Made by a program: the position numbers and the translations under genes
Origin: a virus
Taxonomy: Duplodnaviria; Caudoviricetes
DNA length: 25,249 bases
Virus record (IMG/VR): IMGVR_UViG_3300036768_001392
Coordinates: 1-25,249 of that record
Direction: 5' to 3' (one strand)
In this document: positions 7,273 through 14,979 of the stretch, piece by piece
Layout of the letters: every line of letters begins with the position of its first letter
Position numbering within the stretch: the first letter of the stretch is position 1
Notes under the pieces: model-generated
What the model was told of the DNA's origin: nothing
Seen by the model: the letters and a program-made list of their open reading frames with translations, nothing else
Databases searched by the model: none

Positions 7273-8523
7273 TCGGTCCCGGAATTCAGCCACTTGGAAG
7301 GGACGCTTAGCAAGGGGGTCAGTAGCTGACCCCCTTTTGCTATCCTTAATGCTTATCTTTAGCCCGGTAACCTCCTCGAGCTCAGCGGCCACGGCGGCAG
7401 CGCGCGCAGGGTCAACCTGCACGCCATCTAGCCCATCGTGCAGCATTAGGCCGGTTCGGCCCACGGCGAGCCAAAGCTTATGGCGCGCCTCGCGCTCCCA
7501 CTCAAAGTACCGCCAGAAGAGCCGCCGCTGGGCCGCCTTGGTCGGGCGCTCGCGCAGCAGGTAGGTGCAAAGCTCCCGCCTTGCCCGCTTGAACTGGTCA
7601 GCCAAGCGCTTGAGGCGCTGCCCAGCCGCGAGCAGCTGTGCCTCGGTCAGCCACGGCGCCTCTTGCGCCAAGATGGCAGCCACGCTGCTCTTGGGCGACC
7701 GCCGCGCCAGCAGCGTGGGTGAAACTGGCGCCCCGTTAGCGATCGCCATGAGCACCCGCTTGATGAGCTTGGTGCTCTCGGGCGTTGGCTCAGCGTGCAG
7801 CACCTCGCGGCAGAGCTCAGCCCTGAACGCGGTCCTGTCCTCCAGCAGCCGCACGAGGTCAGGGTACTTCAGCGCGAGCTGGCGCGCCGCCGCGCCGTGC
7901 TTCTGCGTGAGCCCGGCCATGAGGAACTGGCAAAACGCCACGTTAAGGTCGATGGCGGTGCCGAAGAGCTGGGAGCGCAGCCAGGCCGGCCACGTCTCGA
8001 TGGCCCTGATCGGCCAGACCGAGGTGTCCCGCGCGCCAAGCTTGCCGCTGGGCTTAAAGAAGAAGGTGATGGGACCCTGCTGCGCCAGCAGCCACCTGAC
8101 GGCTGGCACCAGGTCGAGCCGGCCAGTGGCCTCAAGGGCCACGAGCAGGTCCTCACCCGCTGAGGAGCAAACCTGCACGCGCGAGGCAACGAGGTCGGGC
8201 TGAGCTTGGGGCGGCGGCCCGGGGTCAAACGCCACCGCGTCCTTCAGCTGCTCGATCTCCTTGACCAGCTCCCCTGGTAGCTTTCTCGGGGTGATGGTGG
8301 TGGGCGCCGCCCGCCCGTTGGCGAACCGGTAGCCCAGCCGCTCGATCTTGAAGAACCGCTGCAGGATCTCCTTGGCGTCGGGCGCCTGGCGCGCCAGGGC
8401 GGAGAGGTAGATGGTCTGCTCGAGGAGCGCTGGGGCGTGCTCAGCCCGCTGGACGGCCCGGCGCCAGGCCAGCGCCAGCCCGATGATCAGCGCCTGCCGC
8501 TGCCGCCTCGTCCGCCACCACAT
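7183..8523 (-). CDS. Divergent family-A-like polymerase palm protein (TV-Pol-like); the ORF is open up to 8625
   Basis: Ordered motifs SGKLGARD..WP..LR..LFG, AIDLNVAF (motif A Asp), KLIKRVLMAIANG (motif B), FEWERE, LMLHDGLD (motif C); SD AAGGGG before the ATG at 8523. Confidence 0.6.
   Translation of the reverse strand: MWWRTRRQRQALIIGLALAWRRAVQRAEHAPALLEQTIYLSALARQAPDAKEILQRFFKIERLGYRFANGRAAPTTITPRKLPGELVKEIEQLKDAVAFDPGPPPQAQPDLVASRVQVCSSAGEDLLVALEATGRLDLVPAVRWLLAQQGPITFFFKPSGKLGARDTSVWPIRAIETWPAWLRSQLFGTAIDLNVAFCQFLMAGLTQKHGAAARQLALKYPDLVRLLEDRTAFRAELCREVLHAEPTPESTKLIKRVLMAIANGAPVSPTLLARRSPKSSVAAILAQEAPWLTEAQLLAAGQRLKRLADQFKRARRELCTYLLRERPTKAAQRRLFWRYFEWEREARHKLWLAVGRTGLMLHDGLDGVQVDPARAAAVAAELEEVTGLKISIKDSKRGSATDPLAKRPFQVAEFRDRSDERHASLRLLGRLDARVDELKRDLPLAG
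7312..7340 (+). terminator. Rho-independent terminator
   Basis: Stem AAGGGGGTCAG-TAG-CTGACCCCCTT running into TTTT, 40 nt after the stop of 7042..7272. Confidence 0.75.
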
Positions 8524-8684
8524 CCGGCGCCCCTTGAGGAAGTTGCTCACGTGCAGGGGGCTGGTCACCGGCACCTGGCACGTTTCCCAACCTAAAAGGC
8601 AGAGGTTCGTCCCGGAGCTGTGCATGCGATTACGCTGTCAGCGCTAGCCTTCTCAGGGCTTGTCGCGCACCCGGTCAATAATGG

Positions 8685-8939
8685 TTAGCGTCCGAACCGG
8701 CGCTCCCGCTTAGCCTGCCGTTTCATTTGTTGATAGACGCCCCGGCCGCAGCTGGGGAGCAGCCAAACCGTTTGGTCCGGCACGCGAACCTCCTTAAGGT
8801 GCCCTTCCTTATCTCTAGCTACCCGCGTCAGCGTGCGGTTACGCACGCCATACTCCACCCAGGCTTTGCTCTCGATGGTGCCCTTCTCTTGGAGCAGGTG
8901 AACAAGCTTTCTCAGCTTCTTTGCCGCTTTCAGGTTCAT
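8685..8939 (-). CDS. Small basic hypothetical phage protein
   Basis: 84 aa, SD GAGG upstream; MNLKAAKKLRK...CGRGVYQQMK; co-oriented with its neighbours. Confidence 0.8.
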   Translation of the reverse strand: MNLKAAKKLRKLVHLLQEKGTIESKAWVEYGVRNRTLTRVARDKEGHLKEVRVPDQTVWLLPSCGRGVYQQMKRQAKRERRFGR

Positions 8940-9057
8940 GTTAAAACCTCGTAAGAAAACCCGCCATTTGAGTTGCGGGGAAACTTGGTTGCTGCCAGGC
9001 GCTCAAGCTAAGCGCTACCTAAGGTTGCCGCAGGCCAAGCGTGACTATGGCGCTGAG

Positions 9058-9717
9058 CTAGATGATCCCAGACCACCGCGGGTTGATGGCGGTGTCCACG
9101 TGCTCGATCAGGTAACCACCGGTTCGCCTGAAGAAGAGGGCCTCCCACCTCAGCAGGTTGGGCGTCGCCAGCTTGCCCAGCCTAGGCCGGACGATGATGA
9201 GCTTCACGTCGTTGGGGTGCATGGTCAGGTTCTCCACGTATACCGGCGAGCTCGCCCCAAAGAGCGTGAGCTCGGTCACGGAGCGCACGCTTTGGGGCTG
9301 ACGGTGCCCCCTTGGCCTAAACAGCTCTGGTTGGGGCTCAGCGCGCTTTAAGCTAAACAGCCCCGGCAAAAACTGGGCCGAGTGGTGGGTGACCGCGCTT
9401 GGCAGGATCAGCTGCCGCCGGCCCTTCGTCCTGGCGCAGAAGTCGATCGCTGCCTCAACCATCGCTGCGTAGGCCCGCTCGCTAACGTACGGGCGCGGGC
9501 GCCCGAGCACCGCTAGCAGCTGCTGCCGCTCGGGTGGGCGGTACGGGAACGTGGAGCCAACCTGCTTGGCGTTCCACGGCCCGATGAAGGCGCTGAGGCG
9601 GCTGTACGCTTCAAAGTAGGCCGCGATGATCCGGTTAAGGTCGCTGAAATCATGCTCGCCAACCGGCCTCAGCACGTCGCACCGCGCGCTCCACGTGATC
9701 GTTGGTTGGGTATCCAT
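9058..9717 (-). CDS. Hypothetical protein; possibly related to the TnpB N-terminal (WED/REC) region
   Basis: 219 aa, starts 3 nt after the resolvase stop. The CDS is well supported; the fold assignment is pattern-level only. Confidence 0.75.
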   Translation of the reverse strand: MDTQPTITWSARCDVLRPVGEHDFSDLNRIIAAYFEAYSRLSAFIGPWNAKQVGSTFPYRPPERQQLLAVLGRPRPYVSERAYAAMVEAAIDFCARTKGRRQLILPSAVTHHSAQFLPGLFSLKRAEPQPELFRPRGHRQPQSVRSVTELTLFGASSPVYVENLTMHPNDVKLIIVRPRLGKLATPNLLRWEALFFRRTGGYLIEHVDTAINPRWSGII

Positions 9718-9720
9718 CTG

Positions 9721-10260
9721 CTAGCTGCTAGAAGCGTACCAAAAAGTTGGAAACTGCAAGAGCGCTTGCAGGTCGTAGACCGCCAAGAGCCGTTCAGTGC
9801 TGCTGCCGTCGCTGATGATGACCCGGCGCAGGTCCACGGTTGGCGCTGGCTGCAGCGGCATCGCGACGAAGATCCTGGTGTTATTCCACTTGAAGATCAG
9901 CGCCGGTTCCTTGTCAACCTTCTCCGCGTCAACGCGCGCCTCGTTGAACCACTTGAAGATGTTGGCCGTACCAGCCACCAGCGCTGGGAAGCTGTCTGGG
10001 GTTTTATAGAACTTGCACTCGACGCTGAACCTGAAGCGCAGCCCAACGGCCCGCTCGTTAACTGGCACGACGTCGCCGACGAAGAGCTTAAGCGCGTCCT
10101 CCCCGAACAGCTGGCCGATCGTCCCAAAGTTCTTCCCGCCCACCCTGGCGCCAGACGACTGGGTGCGCACAAAGTTAAGGGGCGCTAGGTGCTTTGACAA
10201 GAGCTTAGCCACGGACGCCTCAAAGGCGTTCCCTTTGGCCTTGCCACCACCAGGTTTCAT
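9721..10260 (-). CDS. Holliday junction resolvase-like PD-(D/E)XK nuclease (Hjc type)
   Basis: KAKGNAFE..VAK.L, RT.SSGA, GDV, VECKFYK motifs. Confidence 0.85.
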   Translation of the reverse strand: MKPGGGKAKGNAFEASVAKLLSKHLAPLNFVRTQSSGARVGGKNFGTIGQLFGEDALKLFVGDVVPVNERAVGLRFRFSVECKFYKTPDSFPALVAGTANIFKWFNEARVDAEKVDKEPALIFKWNNTRIFVAMPLQPAPTVDLRRVIISDGSSTERLLAVYDLQALLQFPTFWYASSS

Positions 10261-10359
10261 GCTTAAGTTAATCCTTGCTTAGGGGAGAGAGTTGCGCCCT
10301 GGAGCAGTGCTGGGTGGACACGCGCGAGGGACCGTTAGCTGTTCATCCAGGTTTAACGT

Positions 10360-10365
10360 TATTTA
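10360..10365 (-). promoter_or_regulatory. Late promoter (cTAAATAa) upstream of the resolvase
   Basis: Intergenic TAAATA in sense orientation, ~100 nt upstream of the ATG. Confidence 0.6.
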
Positions 10366-10373
10366 GCTGCCGT

Positions 10374-10502
10374 TCAACGCCACGGGCCGGGCCTGTTGGG
10401 CGGGAGGTACCGCTGGATAGTGGCTACCCAGATCACCCCCAAGCTGACCACGAGGAGCGCTAGCGCAAGCACGGCAATGCCAACCTTTACCATAAGCCCC
10501 AT
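10374..10502 (-). CDS. 42-aa single-pass membrane peptide; not in the ORF track
   Basis: MGLMVKVGIAVLALALLVVSLGVIWVATIQRYLPPNRPGPWR*; starts 4 nt after the gp46 stop and has a ~22-residue hydrophobic run. Confidence 0.6.
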   Translation of the reverse strand: MGLMVKVGIAVLALALLVVSLGVIWVATIQRYLPPNRPGPWR

Positions 10503-10506
10503 GGCG

Positions 10507-12300
10507 CTACAGGGCTAAGCCAGCGGCGCCCTCTTCTTCGCCTGGGTTAATCACGCGGGAGAACCCGTTCTGCTTGCGGATGAGCAGCTGCCGGTCAAAC
10601 CGGCCAACTGCCTCTGGCCGGTGGGAGATGATAAACAGCGAGAGACGCTCATCGCGCGTTTTCTGCTTGAGCAGCTTGAAGATGGCTTCAACGCCGGTGG
10701 CATCGAGTGAGCCGTCAATTTCATCAATGAACAGGCCGTTAACCTTGTAGTGGAGGTGGTGGAGCACGTCCCTGAAGGCGAGCGAGAGCGAAAAATTGAC
10801 CCGCTTTTTCTCCCCGCTTGACAGGTTACCGAAGTCCAGCTCCCGCCCATACTCCGAGACCGTGCACGTCATGTTGTCATCGAACCGGATGAGGTGGGTT
10901 ACTCCCAGGCTCCTCGTGTAGTGCTCAAGCCGGGCATTCAGGAACGGGATCATCCGGTTGATGATCTTTCGCCGGATGAACGAGTTCTTGTCAGTTAACA
11001 GCTTCAGCAGGAACTCCTGGTGCTCAAGGTCGCGCTTAAGCTCATCTAGCCGCTCATAGGCAACCGGCGCTGGGCGGTGCTGCTCAAGCAGCGCCAGCGC
11101 CTCCTCGTGCGGGTTCGTAGCGGTAGCCAGCTCTTGAAGCCGATGCGCTATGGTCTCGCGGTTGGCCTTGGCCTCAAGCACGGCGCGGTGGGACGGCAGG
11201 GTGAGCTTTGCCTCTAGCTCCTTGAGCGCCGCGGTCAGCTCGGTAACGTCGGCTTGGGCGGCCCCTAGCTGCTCGCTGAGCGCCCGCAGCTGCTCGCGCT
11301 TTTGCTCCAGCAACTCCTCCTGCTGGTGCAGCTTCTCCGCGGCGCCAGCGTAACGCTGCAGGCAATATGGGCACTTATCCTCCAGGAGGTGCTTGACCTC
11401 ACCCTCTAGGGTGCTCACGTCTTTGGTTAGCTGCCGGTGGTCCTTGCTGAGGATGGAGCAGGCCAGGTCGCGCTCCCGCTTTGCGGCCTTGAGCTCTTCC
11501 ACCTGCTCGTGCAGCTGGCGCTCTTGCTCAAGGTCAAGCGACGATAGCAGCTCTAGCTGCTCCTTCAGGGCGCTGAGCTGGGCAGCCCGCTCTTGCTCCC
11601 ACCGGTCCCGCCGGCCCTGCGCCTCTTTCAGCTGCCGGTTGTAAAGGTTGATGGCGCCCTCTTGCTCCTTGATAACGGCGGCCTGAACAACGATGTCCTT
11701 TTCTGTTTCCCTGATGATCTCCTTGAGGCGGACCGCCTTCTCGGAGAGCAGGGTGATGTTGAACAGCTCCTCGATGAGCTGGCGCTGCGGTTGCACCGGC
11801 AGCTGCAAGAACGGCGTAGAGCTGCCAGAGAAGATAATGATCTTGGTAAACAGGTCATATGAGAGCCCGACGATCTCCTCGATCACGGCGTCGGTCTCGG
11901 CGATGCTGTCCAGCGTTATATCTTCCCCGTTGCGGACAACCCGCACGTTGGTGCTTTCCCCACGGCACCGGTAAACCTCGTACTCATCGTTCCCCTTAGT
12001 GAAGGTCAACCTAACCTCCATCAAGGTGTTCTTCGGGGAGTTCGTCGAGTTGATGAGGCGCTGGAGGGAGATGTTGTCAAACGGCTTGTTGTAGATGGCG
12101 TAGCAGATAGCGTTGAAGATCGTGGTCTTGCCGGCGCCGTTGGCCGTGTTCGCGTCCAGGTTCTCGCCTTGGATGAGGGTGCTGCCTGGTTGGCTGAGAT
12201 CGATCTCAGTCAAGTTATTGCCGAAGGAAAGGAAGTTACGCAGCTGTAGCTGCTTGAGCACAAGCCTAGCAGTCACAGCTGCTGTCACAGTGGCTGTCAC
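10507..12300 (-). CDS. gp46: Recombination endonuclease ATPase subunit (T4 gp46 / SbcC / Rad50)
   Basis: NFLSFGN, Walker A NGAGKTT, coiled coils with CPYC zinc hook, signature LSSGE, Walker B FIDE, ISH. Confidence 0.96.
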   Translation of the reverse strand: MTATVTAAVTARLVLKQLQLRNFLSFGNNLTEIDLSQPGSTLIQGENLDANTANGAGKTTIFNAICYAIYNKPFDNISLQRLINSTNSPKNTLMEVRLTFTKGNDEYEVYRCRGESTNVRVVRNGEDITLDSIAETDAVIEEIVGLSYDLFTKIIIFSGSSTPFLQLPVQPQRQLIEELFNITLLSEKAVRLKEIIRETEKDIVVQAAVIKEQEGAINLYNRQLKEAQGRRDRWEQERAAQLSALKEQLELLSSLDLEQERQLHEQVEELKAAKRERDLACSILSKDHRQLTKDVSTLEGEVKHLLEDKCPYCLQRYAGAAEKLHQQEELLEQKREQLRALSEQLGAAQADVTELTAALKELEAKLTLPSHRAVLEAKANRETIAHRLQELATATNPHEEALALLEQHRPAPVAYERLDELKRDLEHQEFLLKLLTDKNSFIRRKIINRMIPFLNARLEHYTRSLGVTHLIRFDDNMTCTVSEYGRELDFGNLSSGEKKRVNFSLSLAFRDVLHHLHYKVNGLFIDEIDGSLDATGVEAIFKLLKQKTRDERLSLFIISHRPEAVGRFDRQLLIRKQNGFSRVINPGEEEGAAGLAL

Positions 12301-12313
12301 AGCGCTCGTTCCC

Positions 12314-13345
12314 TTATAGTGCTAGGTAGATGTCAACCAGTCGATCAGGGTTGATCGCGTTGGTGCCTTGGATGCCTGTCTTGATCATCTTGACTACGGC
12401 GTCATTCAACGAGCTAAGCTCGAACGTTTCGATCACGTCCTCACCCTCAAGGACAGCGCGCTTTTCTTCCTCATTCTCTTCCAGGGAGAACTCCCGCAGG
12501 TCATATAGCTTCACCATCTCCTCGCGCAGTGCCTGCGCCTCTGAATAAAGGATCTCGGTATCGACCAGGCAGCGAACCCGGCACTTGCTAGGGAAGGCGA
12601 TGTTACCACCTAGCACCTCCGATAACCGGATCTTCCTGTATGTCGGGGCTTCGACCCAATCTTCAAACCAGACCTTATCAGCGGCAACGTCGAAAAAGCA
12701 GCACCCTCGCGCATCATCGCCAGCATCCCCGTAGTCCATAGGGAAAGTGTTGCCGATGTAGATGACGTTGTCCTGGGCTTGACGCTTGTGAAAGTGCCCC
12801 GTGAAGATGTAGCGCTGCTCCTTGAACAGCGTGTGCTCGAGGCCGGTTTCCATCCGCCGGTCAGACCCGGTGATGATAAAGTTCTTGAACTCAAAGTGCC
12901 CAAACCAGAACGGCACGGTCCTAAACTTTGCCAGCTCACCACCCTCTTCCTTGAAGATGAACGGGCAAAGCAGCAAGTCACGATCAAGCACGGTTGGCTC
13001 GTTGACCATGGTGATGTGCTTGAAGTCCCCGAAGATCCTAGTCGAATAGATCTTCCGGTTCTCACGGTAGTAGAGATCGTGGTTACCTACCAGCATGTAG
13101 ATCGGGAGACCCAAGCTCGTCAACCGACGCAGCGCCTCGTGCGCGTATGTCAAGGTTAACACGTTAACTGAGTTGCGGTTCTCAAACCAGTCGCCTAGGA
13201 AGAGGATGTGCGTTACATTACCCTCTTCAGTTACCCGGCGGCAAAACCAGTCAACGAAGTCAAGGCAGTCCTGGTTGTGCTGGGGTGAGTTGTTCTTCTT
13301 CCCAAAGTGGATGTCCGTGAACATCGCTAGCTTTTTGCTTGGCAT
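12314..13345 (-). CDS. gp47: Recombination endonuclease nuclease subunit (T4 gp47 / SbcD / Mre11)
   Basis: Metallophosphoesterase motifs TDIHFG, LGDWF, GNHD, GHFE, GHFH. Confidence 0.96.
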   Translation of the reverse strand: MPSKKLAMFTDIHFGKKNNSPQHNQDCLDFVDWFCRRVTEEGNVTHILFLGDWFENRNSVNVLTLTYAHEALRRLTSLGLPIYMLVGNHDLYYRENRKIYSTRIFGDFKHITMVNEPTVLDRDLLLCPFIFKEEGGELAKFRTVPFWFGHFEFKNFIITGSDRRMETGLEHTLFKEQRYIFTGHFHKRQAQDNVIYIGNTFPMDYGDAGDDARGCCFFDVAADKVWFEDWVEAPTYRKIRLSEVLGGNIAFPSKCRVRCLVDTEILYSEAQALREEMVKLYDLREFSLEENEEEKRAVLEGEDVIETFELSSLNDAVVKMIKTGIQGTNAINPDRLVDIYLAL

Positions 13346-13362
13346 AGCGGTTTACCACTCCG

Positions 13363-14139
13363 TTACTTTTTCAACGCGCGCTTCTTGCTCAGCTTACTAT
13401 CATCAACGCGCGGTTTTTTCTTTGGGGTAATCACCAGCTCATGCTTGGTAACCTTTTTTACGTTGACAAGCTCCTCATCGAGGAACGAAAGGTTACCGTT
13501 CTCATCCTGTACAAACGCTCCTGGCTTATAAACTTTGACGGGACCAGAGGCGTGAGCTTCAGCTCTTACGGTGCTCTTAGGGGTAACTTTGCTTCGCTTG
13601 CCTTCTTTCTTAGCTTTATCAAGGTTGCTAGCAATCAAGCCGAGATCATCATCGATCTGGTCAACAGCCTCGCTCTCAGGCAGCTCCTTCTCTTCCTCAG
13701 GCTTCAGGGCAGCTTCATGCTCTTCACGCTCATGCTCCTCGAGGTAGGTGAAAGAAGGATTGGCGCCAGCCTTTACCAGCAGGGCGTCCCGCGTGTCGCG
13801 GTGCTTCTTTTCTTCCCCCTTGTACTGCTGAAAAGAGTTATGGATCGCTGTTGTATAATAGGCGAACGGGTTATTGAACCTTGTGTGATCGAACTTGAGC
13901 GCGTTTTGGCACAAGTTCGCCACCGCGTGGGCGACCATGTCCTCACGGTATGAGTACCCAGAAAACCAGGACTTTCTAGAATAGCGCTCAGCGATGAGCA
14001 GCAGCATCTTCGCGAGCCGGTTCGTTACCCGGCCAAGCTGCTTAGCCTCGATCACCGCTGGCAGAAGTTGGGCGTTTGTTACATAGTGCCCTTTCGTGGT
14101 GGTGCTCTTTTCCCGCTTTACCCGCTTTATTTTTTTCAA
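13363..14139 (-). CDS. gp55: Late-transcription sigma factor (T4 gp55-like) with a long charged C-terminal tail
   Basis: HYVTN..L, LIAE.YS....FSGYSYREDM, FD.....NPFAYYT....NSF.....EKK; TTG start with GGAG SD. Confidence 0.93.
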   Translation of the reverse strand: MKKIKRVKREKSTTTKGHYVTNAQLLPAVIEAKQLGRVTNRLAKMLLLIAERYSRKSWFSGYSYREDMVAHAVANLCQNALKFDHTRFNNPFAYYTTAIHNSFQQYKGEEKKHRDTRDALLVKAGANPSFTYLEEHEREEHEAALKPEEEKELPESEAVDQIDDDLGLIASNLDKAKKEGKRSKVTPKSTVRAEAHASGPVKVYKPGAFVQDENGNLSFLDEELVNVKKVTKHELVITPKKKPRVDDSKLSKKRALKK

Positions 14140-14180
14140 AGCTAATCTCCCAGACGTAGCTACGCTCGGAGATAAAGCTT

Positions 14181-14209
14181 ATTATACCACGCCGCTGCGC
14201 GGGTAAAAA
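14181..14209 (-). promoter_or_regulatory. Sigma70-type promoter for the gp55-gp47-gp46 operon
   Basis: Perfect extended -10 TGGTATAAT (14189-14181), with TTTTTA 17 nt upstream of the hexamer as a weak -35. Confidence 0.75.
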
Positions 14210-14238
14210 GCGCGCTCTCCCGCGAATGCCCACGGATG

Positions 14239-14246
14239 ATAAATAA
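14239..14246 (+). promoter_or_regulatory. Late promoter ATAAATAA heading the baseplate operon
   Basis: TAAATA core; it overlaps the ORF-track start at 14236, which favours the ATG at 14281. Confidence 0.7.
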
Positions 14247-14280
14247 ACAAGAACAATGTCCCCCCGCGAGCCCACAACGC

Positions 14281-14979
14281 ATGGTTAACCCGAAGGCAAC
14301 CAGCCCAGAGCCCAAGCTCCCGCCTCCTGGCAAGGAACGGGCTGCCGTGATCGTTGGCCGGTTCAACCCCCCGACCAAGGGGCACTACGCGCTGATCAGC
14401 GCTGCCAAGGCGCACATCCGGAAGCACCCCAAGCTCAACCTCCTGGCTAGCCCGGTCGTCATCGTCATCGCTGGGATTAAGTCAAGCGAGGACCGCCGCC
14501 GCAACCCGCTGACGGCGGAGCAGCGGATCAAGTTCATGCAGGCCTCGGGGCACGCCAACGGGGTAAAGTTCATGACGGCCACGGACCCGTTGGCCGGGTT
14601 TGCAGCCATGCGCGAAGCTGGGCTGGAGCCCATCCTCGTGGTAGCCGGGGACGACCGGGCCGCTAAGTACGTCGAGCTCCTTGACAGGTACTTTACGGCC
14701 ACGGACGGGTCCCCGATCAAGCACCACGCGCTAACGCTTGACCGGGACGGAGACCCGGCACCCAAGTCAGCGGTCGACGCGGCGCTCCAGCAGCTGGAGA
14801 AGCGCGGCACGCTTGACGTTGAGCAGATCTCGGCCTCGGTGGTGCGCGCGGCCGTCGAGCACGATCTGTTCCCGGAGTTCATGGAGCTGACCGGGCTCGA
14901 GGGCAAGGAGGCCCTAGCGCGGCGGCTGTTCAACGCCGTCAAGGCAGCGCTGCAAGAGGGTACAGATGCCAGCGCGTGA
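14281..14979 (+). CDS. Cytidylyltransferase-like (HIGH-superfamily) nucleotidyltransferase
   Basis: GRFNPPTKGH, RNPL, VAGDDR and ISAS.VR motifs typical of T4-like phage cytidyltransferase-like proteins. Confidence 0.85.
   Translation: MVNPKATSPEPKLPPPGKERAAVIVGRFNPPTKGHYALISAAKAHIRKHPKLNLLASPVVIVIAGIKSSEDRRRNPLTAEQRIKFMQASGHANGVKFMTATDPLAGFAAMREAGLEPILVVAGDDRAAKYVELLDRYFTATDGSPIKHHALTLDRDGDPAPKSAVDAALQQLEKRGTLDVEQISASVVRAAVEHDLFPEFMELTGLEGKEALARRLFNAVKAALQEGTDASA

Noticed and set aside
8955-8984. GTTTCCCCGC...GCGGG hairpin resembling a type I-E CRISPR repeat
   Set aside because: Single copy with no spacers or cas genes; better explained as a terminator-like stem
12265-12300. Three imperfect 12-bp tandem units (GTGACAGCCACT / GTGACAGCAGCT / GTGACTGCTAGG, minus strand) at the gp46 start
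   Set aside because: Too short and degenerate to imply function; they only make the start codon ambiguous
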